Positions 36,136 through 44,930 of a stretch of DNA of 64,000 bases are shown in pieces. How positions within the stretch are numbered: the first letter of the stretch is position 1; each line of letters starts with the position of its first letter. This DNA is from Candidatus Enterousia sp. (GTDB taxonomy: Bacteria > Pseudomonadota > Alphaproteobacteria > Rs-D84). The DNA is taken from assembly GCA_045546155.1 (NCBI GenBank), contig JAZQCG010000005.1, positions 14,770 through 78,769 of the forward strand, given 5' to 3'. The position numbers and the translations under genes were made by a program. The notes under the pieces were generated by a model, which saw only the letters and a list, made by a program, of their open reading frames with translations, was not told the origin of the DNA and ran no database searches.

Positions 36136-38400
36136 TTATAAAACCTGGCGCTTGCCACTGGCATCGGGTGCGCTAACAATGCCTTCTTGCTCCATCCGTT
36201 CAATAAATCCGGCGGCTTTGTTATACCCAACCCCTAAACGACGTTGAACATATGAAATCGTCGGTTTTTTATCACGAATAACGACTTCTTTGGCCTGTTC
36301 ATAAAGGTCAGCGTTCTTTTCTGCCTTAACCTCTGCTGCGGACGGCGCAGGCGCGGCGGCCGCCATCATTTCTTCGCCATCGGTAACACCGGCGGCATAT
36401 TCGGGCGTCCCTTGCGCACGCAAGAAGTTACCAATCTTCGTCAATTCATCGTCGGCAATAAATGCGCCATGGATACGAACCGGGATACGTCCAGCCTCAC
36501 TAAACAACATATCGCCCATCGCCAGCAGGTTTTCTGCCCCACCTTCGCCCAAGCATGTTGTACTGTCGATACGGCTGCGCGCTTGGAAAGAAACGCGTGT
36601 TGGGAAATTCGCCTTGATAACGCCGGTAATTGTGGTCGCGTCTGGTCGCTGTGTCGCCATAACCAGGTGGATACCCGCCGCACGTGCCTTTTGCGCGATA
36701 CGCTGAACACAGGCTTCAACCTCTTTCCGCGCCAGGCTCATTAAATCTGCTACCTCGTCAATAATAATGACAATATATGGCATATCAGACAAATCGATTT
36801 CCTGGGTTTCGAATAACAATTCACCGGTTTCTTCATCTGTACCGACGGCAACCTGCTTAGTCAATTTTTCACCCGACGCACGTTTTTCCGCCGCCATTTC
36901 ATTATAACTTTCGATATTGCGTGCGTTCAAGACCTGTAATTGCTTATAGCGCTCTTCCATTTCGCGCACCGCCCATTTCAATGCATTAACCGCCGCCGCT
37001 GGGTCTAATTTTACGATTGGCGTAATAAGGTGCGGAATTTCATCCCAGAACCCAAAATCAACACCCTTTGGGTCAATAATCATCAATTTGCACTTGTCCG
37101 GTGTAAAGTGATACACAACAGATGTAATCAGCGATTGCACAAACACAGACTTGCCCGACCCCGTACGGCCCGCAATCAACATGTGTGGCATTTTTGCCAA
37201 ATCAAAATACATTGGATTTCCACCAATATCCACACCCAACGCCAATGGGATTTTATACTTAGACTCTGTAAATAACGGATTATCAATCAGTCCGCGATAA
37301 CGCACCGTTTGGCGATTCAGATTTACCATTTCAACACCAATTAATTGCGTACGTGGAATATGCGCGATACGAATATTTTCCGTCGCCATTGCGCGCACCA
37401 TATCGGTAACCGTCTTATTAACGTCTGTCATACGCGTGCCTTCGTCTGGCATAAATTCGTAAAGTGTTACGACCGGCCCTGGCTTAATCCCAACGACACG
37501 TCCATGTACACCATATTGGGCAAAGTGCACTTCCATATTCTTAGCATTTTGCTTTAATTCCGGTGTCACAACGCATTTACCAAAGTTTGATTTTTCCAAG
37601 AACTTTGGATCTGGCAACGGGTAATCCCCCATTGCAATCGTGGGACGTGCCACCGCCGCGGCGACGGGCGCACTGATTGCACGTGTTGGACGTTTACGCG
37701 ATGCACGTTTTTTTGGCGCTTCTTCGTCTGAATCTTCTACTTCTTCGGGTTCTTCTTCTGCTGCCTCTTCATTGTCTTGATATGATGCCTTGGCCGGCAT
37801 AGACGTCAAATGGAACGCCGCCAATACCCATCGCACCACATACCACACGCGACGTGCCACCATCACAACGTGTGACCATTTAATATGTAACAGCATCGCC
37901 CCCATAACCATAAACACCGCCACACACATTAATCCAACCAACCCAGACCACACACCACCAATTAAGCCACCTAAATCATTTGCAACAATTGCACCAGCCA
38001 ACCCACCAAATGTCCCCGATGGCGCGACCAAACCAAAACCCGCCGCACCAACAAAGGTCGCGATAAAAGCACGCAAAATATCATATTCTGGGGTTAATTC
38101 TTCGGACCTGTTTATCGCCAATGCTAAACCACCCCGCATCACGCACAAGAAAACAAACAACGTTGGCACAAAACCGATTCCATAACGCAAGAAGCCCGCG
38201 ATTTGCCCCAATATCGATTGTGAACCATATGTACCCGCGGCTGCAAATCCATCCAGATACGGATTATGAAAAAACAGCGCCACCACCAGACATACACCCA
38301 ACACCACCAGGCCTGCCCCAAATGCGCGCAGTACCATATTCTTTAAAGCCCCCGACATACGTTCGGGTAAAATTCTTGATTCCTTTCTCATGCCATGCAT
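36136..38400 (-). CDS. ftsK: DNA translocase FtsK
   Basis: N-terminal TM domain, acidic/Pro-rich linker, motor domain (Walker A GRTGSGKS, IIDEVADL) and gamma domain (YVQRRLGVGYNKAAGFIERMEQEG). Start placed at ATG 38400 (or 38391), downstream of the terminator at 38418-38449. The ORF-track start at 38652 overlaps the neighbouring gene. Confidence 0.9.
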   Translation of the reverse strand: MHGMRKESRILPERMSGALKNMVLRAFGAGLVVLGVCLVVALFFHNPYLDGFAAAGTYGSQSILGQIAGFLRYGIGFVPTLFVFLCVMRGGLALAINRSEELTPEYDILRAFIATFVGAAGFGLVAPSGTFGGLAGAIVANDLGGLIGGVWSGLVGLMCVAVFMVMGAMLLHIKWSHVVMVARRVWYVVRWVLAAFHLTSMPAKASYQDNEEAAEEEPEEVEDSDEEAPKKRASRKRPTRAISAPVAAAVARPTIAMGDYPLPDPKFLEKSNFGKCVVTPELKQNAKNMEVHFAQYGVHGRVVGIKPGPVVTLYEFMPDEGTRMTDVNKTVTDMVRAMATENIRIAHIPRTQLIGVEMVNLNRQTVRYRGLIDNPLFTESKYKIPLALGVDIGGNPMYFDLAKMPHMLIAGRTGSGKSVFVQSLITSVVYHFTPDKCKLMIIDPKGVDFGFWDEIPHLITPIVKLDPAAAVNALKWAVREMEERYKQLQVLNARNIESYNEMAAEKRASGEKLTKQVAVGTDEETGELLFETQEIDLSDMPYIVIIIDEVADLMSLARKEVEACVQRIAQKARAAGIHLVMATQRPDATTITGVIKANFPTRVSFQARSRIDSTTCLGEGGAENLLAMGDMLFSEAGRIPVRIHGAFIADDELTKIGNFLRAQGTPEYAAGVTDGEEMMAAAAPAPSAAEVKAEKNADLYEQAKEVVIRDKKPTISYVQRRLGVGYNKAAGFIERMEQEGIVSAPDASGKRQVL

Positions 38401-38417
38401 TTTATCACAAAATTTGT

Positions 38418-38449
38418 TAAAAAAACAGGCGATAAATTTATCGCCCTGT
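38418..38449 (-). terminator. Rho-independent terminator of the Cys-rich protein gene
   Basis: ACAGGGCGATAAA-t-TTATCGCCTGT plus a U7 run on the minus strand, directly after the stop at 38453. Confidence 0.8.
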
Positions 38450-38452
38450 TTT

Positions 38453-39064
38453 TTATTCACTGTAATAACAGTTCTGACCATATTCCCACGTTCCAAAAGA
38501 ATCTGAAAATTCTGTACCTGATGGAATATAGCATTCTGTAATACTGGTTGCGCCACTAGATTTTGTCGTTCCATACACCCCACCCGACGACGGACAACGC
38601 TTACATTCCATCTTATCCCTATAATACCCCTGAATACAGGTAAAAGTATCATTTATATAGTCTATATTTTCCATTGCCCCATCTACTATCTCTTCACAGG
38701 TAAAAGACCATTCACTACATAACTTAAATGGACGCACCCCATTATAGCACGTGCTATTTCCGGGGGTACAATCCCCTATACCAATACAATAAGTCTTTCC
38801 CTCCGTTGTAACAATTTCACAATTTTCAACAAATGGATCACAGTCCACATATTCATATTCTATATATTTACTGCATACCTGTGTTCCCATCATTGCCGGG
38901 CTGTCTTCATTTTGATTACAAAATATGTCCCCATCACTATTGATGTAACATATATAAACAGAGCCCTCAATACTCAAACGTATTCGTCGCACTTCTGCCC
39001 AAGAATCGCCAAAAGCGGCCCCATACAGTATTCCAGAAATTATAAAGATTTTAAATTTATTCAT
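38453..39064 (-). CDS. Secreted cysteine-rich protein, paralog of 17867-18676
   Basis: Start at MNKFKIFIISG... with SD AAAGGAGG. C-terminal module TCIQGYYRDKMECKRCPSSGGVYGTTKSSGATSITECYIPSGTEFSDSFGTWEYGQNCYYSE. Confidence 0.8.
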   Translation of the reverse strand: MNKFKIFIISGILYGAAFGDSWAEVRRIRLSIEGSVYICYINSDGDIFCNQNEDSPAMMGTQVCSKYIEYEYVDCDPFVENCEIVTTEGKTYCIGIGDCTPGNSTCYNGVRPFKLCSEWSFTCEEIVDGAMENIDYINDTFTCIQGYYRDKMECKRCPSSGGVYGTTKSSGATSITECYIPSGTEFSDSFGTWEYGQNCYYSE

Positions 39065-39347
39065 TCTTTGACCTCCTTTGATTTTCACGAATGAAAAAAC
39101 CACGCGTTTTCACGAGTGGTCAGGAGGTTCAGAACAATCATCAAGAATTGTGTGCTTATTCAATATATTCGCAACCCTCCTGACGAAAATATCAGGAGTT
39201 TTTTATCGCCTAAAAACGAATACGAAAAAACACGCTATTGGGCGCGCCGAATTTCGTTTCCAAACGCTTGATGCACAGGTTCTGACACCTCATCATAGCA
39301 AAACACTATAACACAGAGATTATAACCGATAGTTTTTGTTTTCGCAA
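39065..39347 (-). promoter_or_regulatory. Structured 5' leader, copy 3, with promoter and intrinsic terminator
   Basis: Promoter TTGCGA-17-TATAAT (39347-39319). P1 GAGGT-g-TCAGAAC/GTTCTGAACCTC, P1b CATCAAG/CTTGATG, P2 CTCCTGA/TCAGGAG. Terminator stem 39099-39120. Confidence 0.7.
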
Positions 39348-39409
39348 TTGCTTAGATAAATAAAAATTTATCGCAGGAAGTACGAACAGAATTTTTTACA
39401 AAAAAAATT

Positions 39410-39559
39410 CTGTCATCCCGTGGCTTGACCACGGGACCCAGGTCATAGAAACATTATTATTTGTGCGCGCTCTGCGCGCATAACCTGGTTTCCGGTGTCA
39501 CCATCACCCAAAAAATTCATTTGAATTTTTCGGGCCCCGATACGCCCCGGAATGACAAA
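39410..39559. repeat. Second type of palindromic MITE-like element
   Basis: Termini TGTCATCCCGTGG...CCCCGGAATGACA. Internal hairpins CCCGTGG-cttga-CCACGGG, CCAGG...CCTGG and GCGCGC-tct-GCGCGC. Flanked by the A/T palindromes GAATTTTTT-aca-AAAAAATTC and AAAAACGT-gaa-ACGTTTTT. Confidence 0.6.
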
Positions 39560-39628
39560 AACGTGAAACGTTTTTGTAAACTAATTACTTCGCTAAACTG
39601 TTATTTATATAAGTAATTATGTATTCCT

Positions 39629-39687
39629 CCACTTACCACTAACCACTTACACTAATCACTAAAAAATCCCGGCAATGCCGGGATTTT
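39629..39687. repeat. Stop/terminator cassette R3
   Basis: CCACTTACCACTAACCACTTACACTAATCACTAAAAAATCCCGGC-aa-TGCCGGGATTTTTT, directly abutting the PAP2 gene stop at 39688. Confidence 0.75.
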
Positions 39688-40395
39688 TTATTTCTTCATC
39701 AATACCCATTTCACAATATCGGCAATAACCATGCCGATAAACGCCCCAAAAACAACATCGCTGAACCAATGCGCACCAATAAATATACGCGATGCCCCAA
39801 CAATCACCGCCAACGTCCATGTCAACGGTTTATATTTCGGCGCCAACATCCCAATCATAACCAACCCCGCAAATGTCACCGTCGTATGTCCCGATGGCAT
39901 CGAATGCCATGCCCATGTAAACCTATCAAATTCTGGAATAATACCCGACATAACAAATACCGGTCGCAGACGCGCAATCGCAACCTTTAATACCCATACA
40001 ATGGCACTGGCCCAAAAAACACTGCTTAGAATTAAAAACGCATGACTTGTCTTGGTTTTTACAAATGTTTCCTTGAAAATATCCCAGAACTTGAATTGAA
40101 TTTCCTTGTTCTGAATAGATTTAATTGTTTTTACTAATCTTTTTATCCCATACACCGCAAAAACAATCGCAGAAACAACAATCCAAACCTTTGCATCAAA
40201 TACACGTCCAAAAAATACCCATATTCCCCAATCGCCAACACCACGCGTTATCATATACAAAGGCGCATCTATAAAAAACATACCGAACAAAACAATTGCC
40301 GCCGTAACAACAGCCCCCCACCCCAATCGTTGCCACAGCATTTCATTATTCTTTGTTAAAAACATTGTCCACACCCCGTATTTTTTATTCTGCAA
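39688..40395 (-). CDS. PAP2-family (type 2 phosphatidic acid/lipid) phosphatase
   Basis: Multi-TM protein with KxxxxxxRP-like (IARLRP), PSGH (MPSGHT) and SRxxxxxHxxxD (SRIFIGAHWFSD) motifs. Confidence 0.85.
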   Translation of the reverse strand: MQNKKYGVWTMFLTKNNEMLWQRLGWGAVVTAAIVLFGMFFIDAPLYMITRGVGDWGIWVFFGRVFDAKVWIVVSAIVFAVYGIKRLVKTIKSIQNKEIQFKFWDIFKETFVKTKTSHAFLILSSVFWASAIVWVLKVAIARLRPVFVMSGIIPEFDRFTWAWHSMPSGHTTVTFAGLVMIGMLAPKYKPLTWTLAVIVGASRIFIGAHWFSDVVFGAFIGMVIADIVKWVLMKK

Positions 40396-41890
40396 TTAGT
40401 TTACTGTAAACCTTTTTATCCGTTAAAATCTTGGCTGAAACAGCGGCTGCGACCGCATCTTCGTCTGCACCATTAACAATTATCGGACATCCCCGACGCA
40501 CCGATTCTGGATTTATACTTGCATCCTTGTTAAAATCCTGGGCATTAAAGTCATTATTTAAAACGTTCAAGAAAAATGCATTTTGTTGCTGTGTGGTGCG
40601 AATATTAGACAAACATACAATCGGAAATACACCACGTCCATCCAACACGCGCCCCGCCCCAGTCTTTAACGATTTGTTTAATAATTCCAACGCGCCACCA
40701 TTACTTAAATCAATATTTGATGCAATTCGTGCATTACCCGCCGTTGGTGTTCCAATCAAAACACCACGTGCATTTTCATACATAGCGGCCGCTATTGCCT
40801 CTGCTGTGCCACGCGTCATATTAGACATAACCACAACCATTGGCGCATCCGTCACAGCATTACCACCTGGGACAACTTCGACTTCGTCCATGGCGGTCTC
40901 TTTGATACGCATAACGGGTTTTGCCCCAATAAACAATCCCGCCAATTTTGCTGCTGCACGCTCGTCATCACCCGTTGCTGCACGTAAATCTAAAATAATT
41001 CCACCGACATCTGAATAACGTGCCAATGCTTCATTAATAATCGCAACCGCATTATCAGATACACGATGCACAACAATTTCTAAAATACCACCATCTTCAC
41101 CCGAACGATGAATAATATCAGAATCTGCCACCACCACCGTCGCACGACGCAGCACAACATCACGTGACCCTGTGGGTGATAAAACATGAACCTTGACTGT
41201 ACCAGAATTAAACCCAGACATTGCCGCCGCCACCTGGGCATCCGACAACCCCGCCGTGGCAACACCATTAATATTTGAAATCAAATCCCCTGCACGAATA
41301 CCGGCAACATCGGCGGGGCCACCTTTGAAAATTCCTGCAACACGGAAATTGCCACGTGCATCACGTGCCCCTTCCAGACCCACACTGGTCAACAACCGAC
41401 CATCTTCGGTAATTTCGGCCACACGCGAATAAACATATCGCCCATTTTCATCAATACCGCGCATTAATGCCGCAATCACAGCTTGATATAATTCACTTTC
41501 CGACATTGCGCGCAAACTTGTATCCATTGCCCGCATCCGTAAAACCAACGCGGTTGTAATTTCACCAAACCCCGCCCAATCGCGCGCCGCGGGACGCGGA
41601 TAATTTGCAATAATCTCGTCCCCCCATACCAAAACAACACGTTCGTCGGTTGCTGCAACATGTGCTTTTTTATTTAAATTTTCCAGACTTTCAATCGCAA
41701 CATTAATATTCTTGCCTGCCCAATTTATGTCGTTCAGCTTTTCATAAATTTCGGCAAAGGTTTTTGATACCTCAAAAACTTGAATACCGTCTTGAACCGG
41801 TTCGTCTGGGAAAAACAGACCATCTGCGCGCGCACCACCAATCACCAAAACAGATGCAAACATCAATATAAATTTATTCAGCTTTCTCAT
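40385..41890 (-). CDS. S41 (C-terminal processing) peptidase homolog with PDZ domain; catalytic Ser/Lys apparently substituted
   Basis: Signal peptide (start MRKLNKFILMFASV) and PDZ (GIFKGGPADVAGIRAGDLISNING). The S41 core MSNMTRGTAEAIAAAMYENARGVLIGTPTAGNA aligns to FSASASEIFAAAMQDYGRALVVGEPTFGKG, with S to G and K to N. Confidence 0.75.
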   Translation of the reverse strand: MRKLNKFILMFASVLVIGGARADGLFFPDEPVQDGIQVFEVSKTFAEIYEKLNDINWAGKNINVAIESLENLNKKAHVAATDERVVLVWGDEIIANYPRPAARDWAGFGEITTALVLRMRAMDTSLRAMSESELYQAVIAALMRGIDENGRYVYSRVAEITEDGRLLTSVGLEGARDARGNFRVAGIFKGGPADVAGIRAGDLISNINGVATAGLSDAQVAAAMSGFNSGTVKVHVLSPTGSRDVVLRRATVVVADSDIIHRSGEDGGILEIVVHRVSDNAVAIINEALARYSDVGGIILDLRAATGDDERAAAKLAGLFIGAKPVMRIKETAMDEVEVVPGGNAVTDAPMVVVMSNMTRGTAEAIAAAMYENARGVLIGTPTAGNARIASNIDLSNGGALELLNKSLKTGAGRVLDGRGVFPIVCLSNIRTTQQQNAFFLNVLNNDFNAQDFNKDASINPESVRRGCPIIVNGADEDAVAAAVSAKILTDKKVYSKLIAE

Positions 41891-41936
41891 CAATATCCCC
41901 CTTGGCCGATTGTGATGCACACGCTTTTAAAATTAA

Positions 41937-42800
41937 TTATTTATTATCCCCACGCAGGTCGAAATTCAACAACACTACATTAGAAATATAAATACTTGTA
42001 AACGTCCCCATAACGATACTGAACGTCATTGCGATTGCAAATTCACGCAGCACTTCGCCACTGAACAGGAACAATCCTAACATCGCCAATAATGTTGAAA
42101 CACTGGTCATCATTGTACGACGGAACATTTCATTAATAGACAGGTCGATTAATTCCGGCATTGGCATTTTGTGATATTTATTAACATTTTCTTCGATACG
42201 GTCATAGTTTACAACTTTGTCATTAATCGAATAACCAATCCCCGTCAAGATAACCGCAATCGCCGTCTGATTAAATTCCAGGCCCGTAATCGAAAAGAAA
42301 CCAAACATCAACACAAAGTCCAAGAACAGCGACACCAGCGCCCCAACGGCATACCCCCCGCGATAGCGCACCCATACATAAACCGCCATCATCAAGAACG
42401 CAAATAAAATCGCCAAAATACCGCCACGAATCAATTCGCCACCAATTTTTGGTCCAACAATTTGCACCTGGGAATACGTCACTTGATCGCCCAAGATATT
42501 TTTAATCTGGGCAACGCGTTCGTTTTGTTGCGCATCCGTCACACCCTTGGGCAATCCTAAACGAATCAAAATCGCATTACCATCAATCTGTTGTAATTCC
42601 GGACTAAATTCAGACAATTCCGAACGCATCTTGTCAATGGTCATGGATTCAACAACGGGTGTAACCTCCATCGAAATACCCCCGGAAAAGTCAATGCCAT
42701 AATTAAACCCGCGTATCAATATAGACAGCACCGATATAAGCAACAGTGCCCCTGAAATAATATACGATAATTTACGATATTTCATAAAATGCAGTTTCAT
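41937..42800 (-). CDS. secF: Protein translocase subunit SecF
   Basis: FNYGIDFSGG motif and six TM segments. Start at MKLHFMKYRK, 21 nt after the secD stop. Confidence 0.9.
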   Translation of the reverse strand: MKLHFMKYRKLSYIISGALLLISVLSILIRGFNYGIDFSGGISMEVTPVVESMTIDKMRSELSEFSPELQQIDGNAILIRLGLPKGVTDAQQNERVAQIKNILGDQVTYSQVQIVGPKIGGELIRGGILAILFAFLMMAVYVWVRYRGGYAVGALVSLFLDFVLMFGFFSITGLEFNQTAIAVILTGIGYSINDKVVNYDRIEENVNKYHKMPMPELIDLSINEMFRRTMMTSVSTLLAMLGLFLFSGEVLREFAIAMTFSIVMGTFTSIYISNVVLLNFDLRGDNK

Positions 42801-42821
42801 AACATTTCCCCTTTGCATTTA

Positions 42822-44381
42822 TTATTTAACAAAACCAATCTTTTTATTTTTGCCGTTCATGTACCAGTCAATCAGAACCTTGGCAAACCATACGCATGTA
42901 AACAGCGTTGTCAAAATACCAATCGACAATGTTACCGCAAACCCACGAATTGGACCAGCACCAAACTGGAACAATACCAAACCACAAATAAGTGTTGTCA
43001 AGTTTCCGTCCAAAACCGTCTTTAATGAACGATCAAATCCCATATTTACCGCACGCAGCGTTGGGACACCGGCACGAACCTCGTCCCTGATACGTTCAAA
43101 CGGCAATATATTCGCGTCCACCGCCATACCCAACGTCAGAACGATACCTGCGATACCTGGCAATGTCAGTGTCGCCCCAAACAGTGCCGTCAACCCAACA
43201 ATCATCCCCAGGTTTATCAGCAACGTCGCACTGGCCAACACACCAAACATACGATATGTAAAGATAAGGAATATAAAGATAAATATCACACCAACCAACG
43301 CACCAATTTTACCGCGTTCGATTGTGTCTGCCCCCAATCCTGCACCAACGGTACGTTCTTCGATAACAGTCAATGGCGCTGGCAATGCACCCGAACGCAA
43401 CAGCACGGCTAAATCTTTTGCACCCTGTAATGAAAAGCCACCCGAAATCTGACCACGGCCACCCGGAATTGGTTCACGAATTGTTGGTGCAGACAACACA
43501 CGTCCGTCCAACACAATTGCAAAGCGTTCGTTTACATGTTCGGTTGTCAAACGTGCAAACTTACGTGCCCCCGTTGCATCAAACACAGTCGTCACAACCG
43601 GCAAATTATTCTGATCAAAATCCGCCTGGGAATCTTTCAGTGATTCACCCGACACTTCAACACGGGAATAAACTGGCACAACCTGATTTGGCGCATCCAT
43701 ATACGGCAACAAATCCGTTCCATTTGGTGCACGACCCGACGCAATCTGATCCGGTGATACATTTTCATTTACCAAGTGAAATGTCATTTTTGCTGTCTGG
43801 CCAATCAGATTTTTAATATGTTCCGGATTATCAACACCCGGTAATTGCACCATAATATATTTACCGCCCTGACTTTGAATAGACGGTTCTTTCGTCCCCA
43901 GCGCATCAATACGACGACGAACAATTTCAATACTGCGCGCCAAAGCATCTTTTGTCATCTCTGCCTTTTGCACATCGGTATAAGATAATGTAATTGTTTT
44001 ACCACTGGACGTGATATCAACAGTATTACCAAACGCACTCTTCAATCGCCCCTTGGCATCACTAACCTGGTCTTCATCACGCACAACCAATGATACCACG
44101 CCATCGTGATTACGCAGGTTTGAAAAACGAATAACCCCCTTGTCGCGGTTAATCAATGCGCTGCGCGTTTCTTCGTACAGTTGTTCCGCCTTTTCCTGGA
44201 ACATGGTGTCGGTATCCACCTCTAATAACAATTGCGCCCCACCTTTTAAATCCAGTCCCAACGGAACAGGTTCAATCCAAGACGGAAAATAAGGCGCTAG
44301 TTTCGGCGACATTGTTGGCACCGCCAACAGAACACAAAATACTGCTGTGAAAATAATAGCCAGTTTTTTAAACATACCCAT
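42822..44381 (-). CDS. secD: Protein translocase subunit SecD
   Basis: LGLDLKGG motif, periplasmic domain and C-terminal six TM segments. Confidence 0.92.
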   Translation of the reverse strand: MGMFKKLAIIFTAVFCVLLAVPTMSPKLAPYFPSWIEPVPLGLDLKGGAQLLLEVDTDTMFQEKAEQLYEETRSALINRDKGVIRFSNLRNHDGVVSLVVRDEDQVSDAKGRLKSAFGNTVDITSSGKTITLSYTDVQKAEMTKDALARSIEIVRRRIDALGTKEPSIQSQGGKYIMVQLPGVDNPEHIKNLIGQTAKMTFHLVNENVSPDQIASGRAPNGTDLLPYMDAPNQVVPVYSRVEVSGESLKDSQADFDQNNLPVVTTVFDATGARKFARLTTEHVNERFAIVLDGRVLSAPTIREPIPGGRGQISGGFSLQGAKDLAVLLRSGALPAPLTVIEERTVGAGLGADTIERGKIGALVGVIFIFIFLIFTYRMFGVLASATLLINLGMIVGLTALFGATLTLPGIAGIVLTLGMAVDANILPFERIRDEVRAGVPTLRAVNMGFDRSLKTVLDGNLTTLICGLVLFQFGAGPIRGFAVTLSIGILTTLFTCVWFAKVLIDWYMNGKNKKIGFVK

Positions 44382-44387
44382 ACCCTT

Positions 44388-44702
44388 TTATTCTTCGACC
44401 GATGCCACGGCGTTTTTATTAACTTCGATAACAACACCCTTGGCCACTTCTATTTCAATTGATTTATCGTTAATTTTTTTAATTGTGCCATAGATACCCG
44501 CCGCCATAACGCGATTACCCACCTTTAACGCATCCAGCATTTTTTGATATTCTGCCATGCGTTTTTTGTTTGGGCGCACCATAAACAGATAGATTATCCC
44601 GAACACAACAATTAAATACAGCACCATACCCCAAACACTGCCCTGTTGGGCGACGGTTGCAGTTTGCGCCACATTATCAACAACAACTTCTGCTTGATCC
44701 AT
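44388..44702 (-). CDS. yajC: Preprotein translocase subunit YajC
   Basis: Single TM plus RPNKKRMAEYQKMLDALKVGNRVMAAGIYGTI signature, upstream of secDF. Confidence 0.88.
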   Translation of the reverse strand: MDQAEVVVDNVAQTATVAQQGSVWGMVLYLIVVFGIIYLFMVRPNKKRMAEYQKMLDALKVGNRVMAAGIYGTIKKINDKSIEIEVAKGVVIEVNKNAVASVEE

Positions 44703-44868
44703 TGTATTTCTCCTTACTTTAATACTGGCACAATAGTAAAAAAACCTAGAAAAGTAAAGGGAAAATACAGAAAAAACTTATTCCACCGCGTGATAGATTT
44801 CACCATTAAAATTTATATTCAAATTCCCCACGCCACTTTCCAATTTGACATAACATTTTTAATAGAAT

Positions 44869-44930
44869 CCACCACTAGTCACTAACCACTTACACTAATC
44901 ACTAAAAAATCCCGCGCTTCGCGGGATTTT
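44869..44930. repeat. Stop/terminator cassette R4
   Basis: CCACCACTAGTCACTAACCACTTACACTAATCACTAAAAAATCCCGCG-ct-TCGCGGGATTTTT, overlapping the mutL stop at 44930. Confidence 0.75.

Noticed and set aside
38401-38652. N-terminal 84-aa extension of the ftsK ORF-track entry
   Set aside because: It would overlap the 3' end of the Cys-rich gene and read through a strong terminator (38418-38449). The FtsK homology and TM domain begin after the Met at 38400/38391.
42850-43452. 200-aa plus-strand ORF
   Set aside because: It is antisense to secD. The same reasoning applies to 40431-41018 (antisense to the S41 homolog), 12965-13513 (antisense to sufS), 25504-26013, and 32506-32874 and 33204-33710 (antisense to rarA).
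33875-44930. Whether the repeated CACTAACCAC.../CCACTTACACTAATCACT motifs form a CRISPR array
   Set aside because: The copies are kilobases apart and each is attached to a terminator at a gene end. There is no regular repeat-spacer organisation and there are no cas genes.
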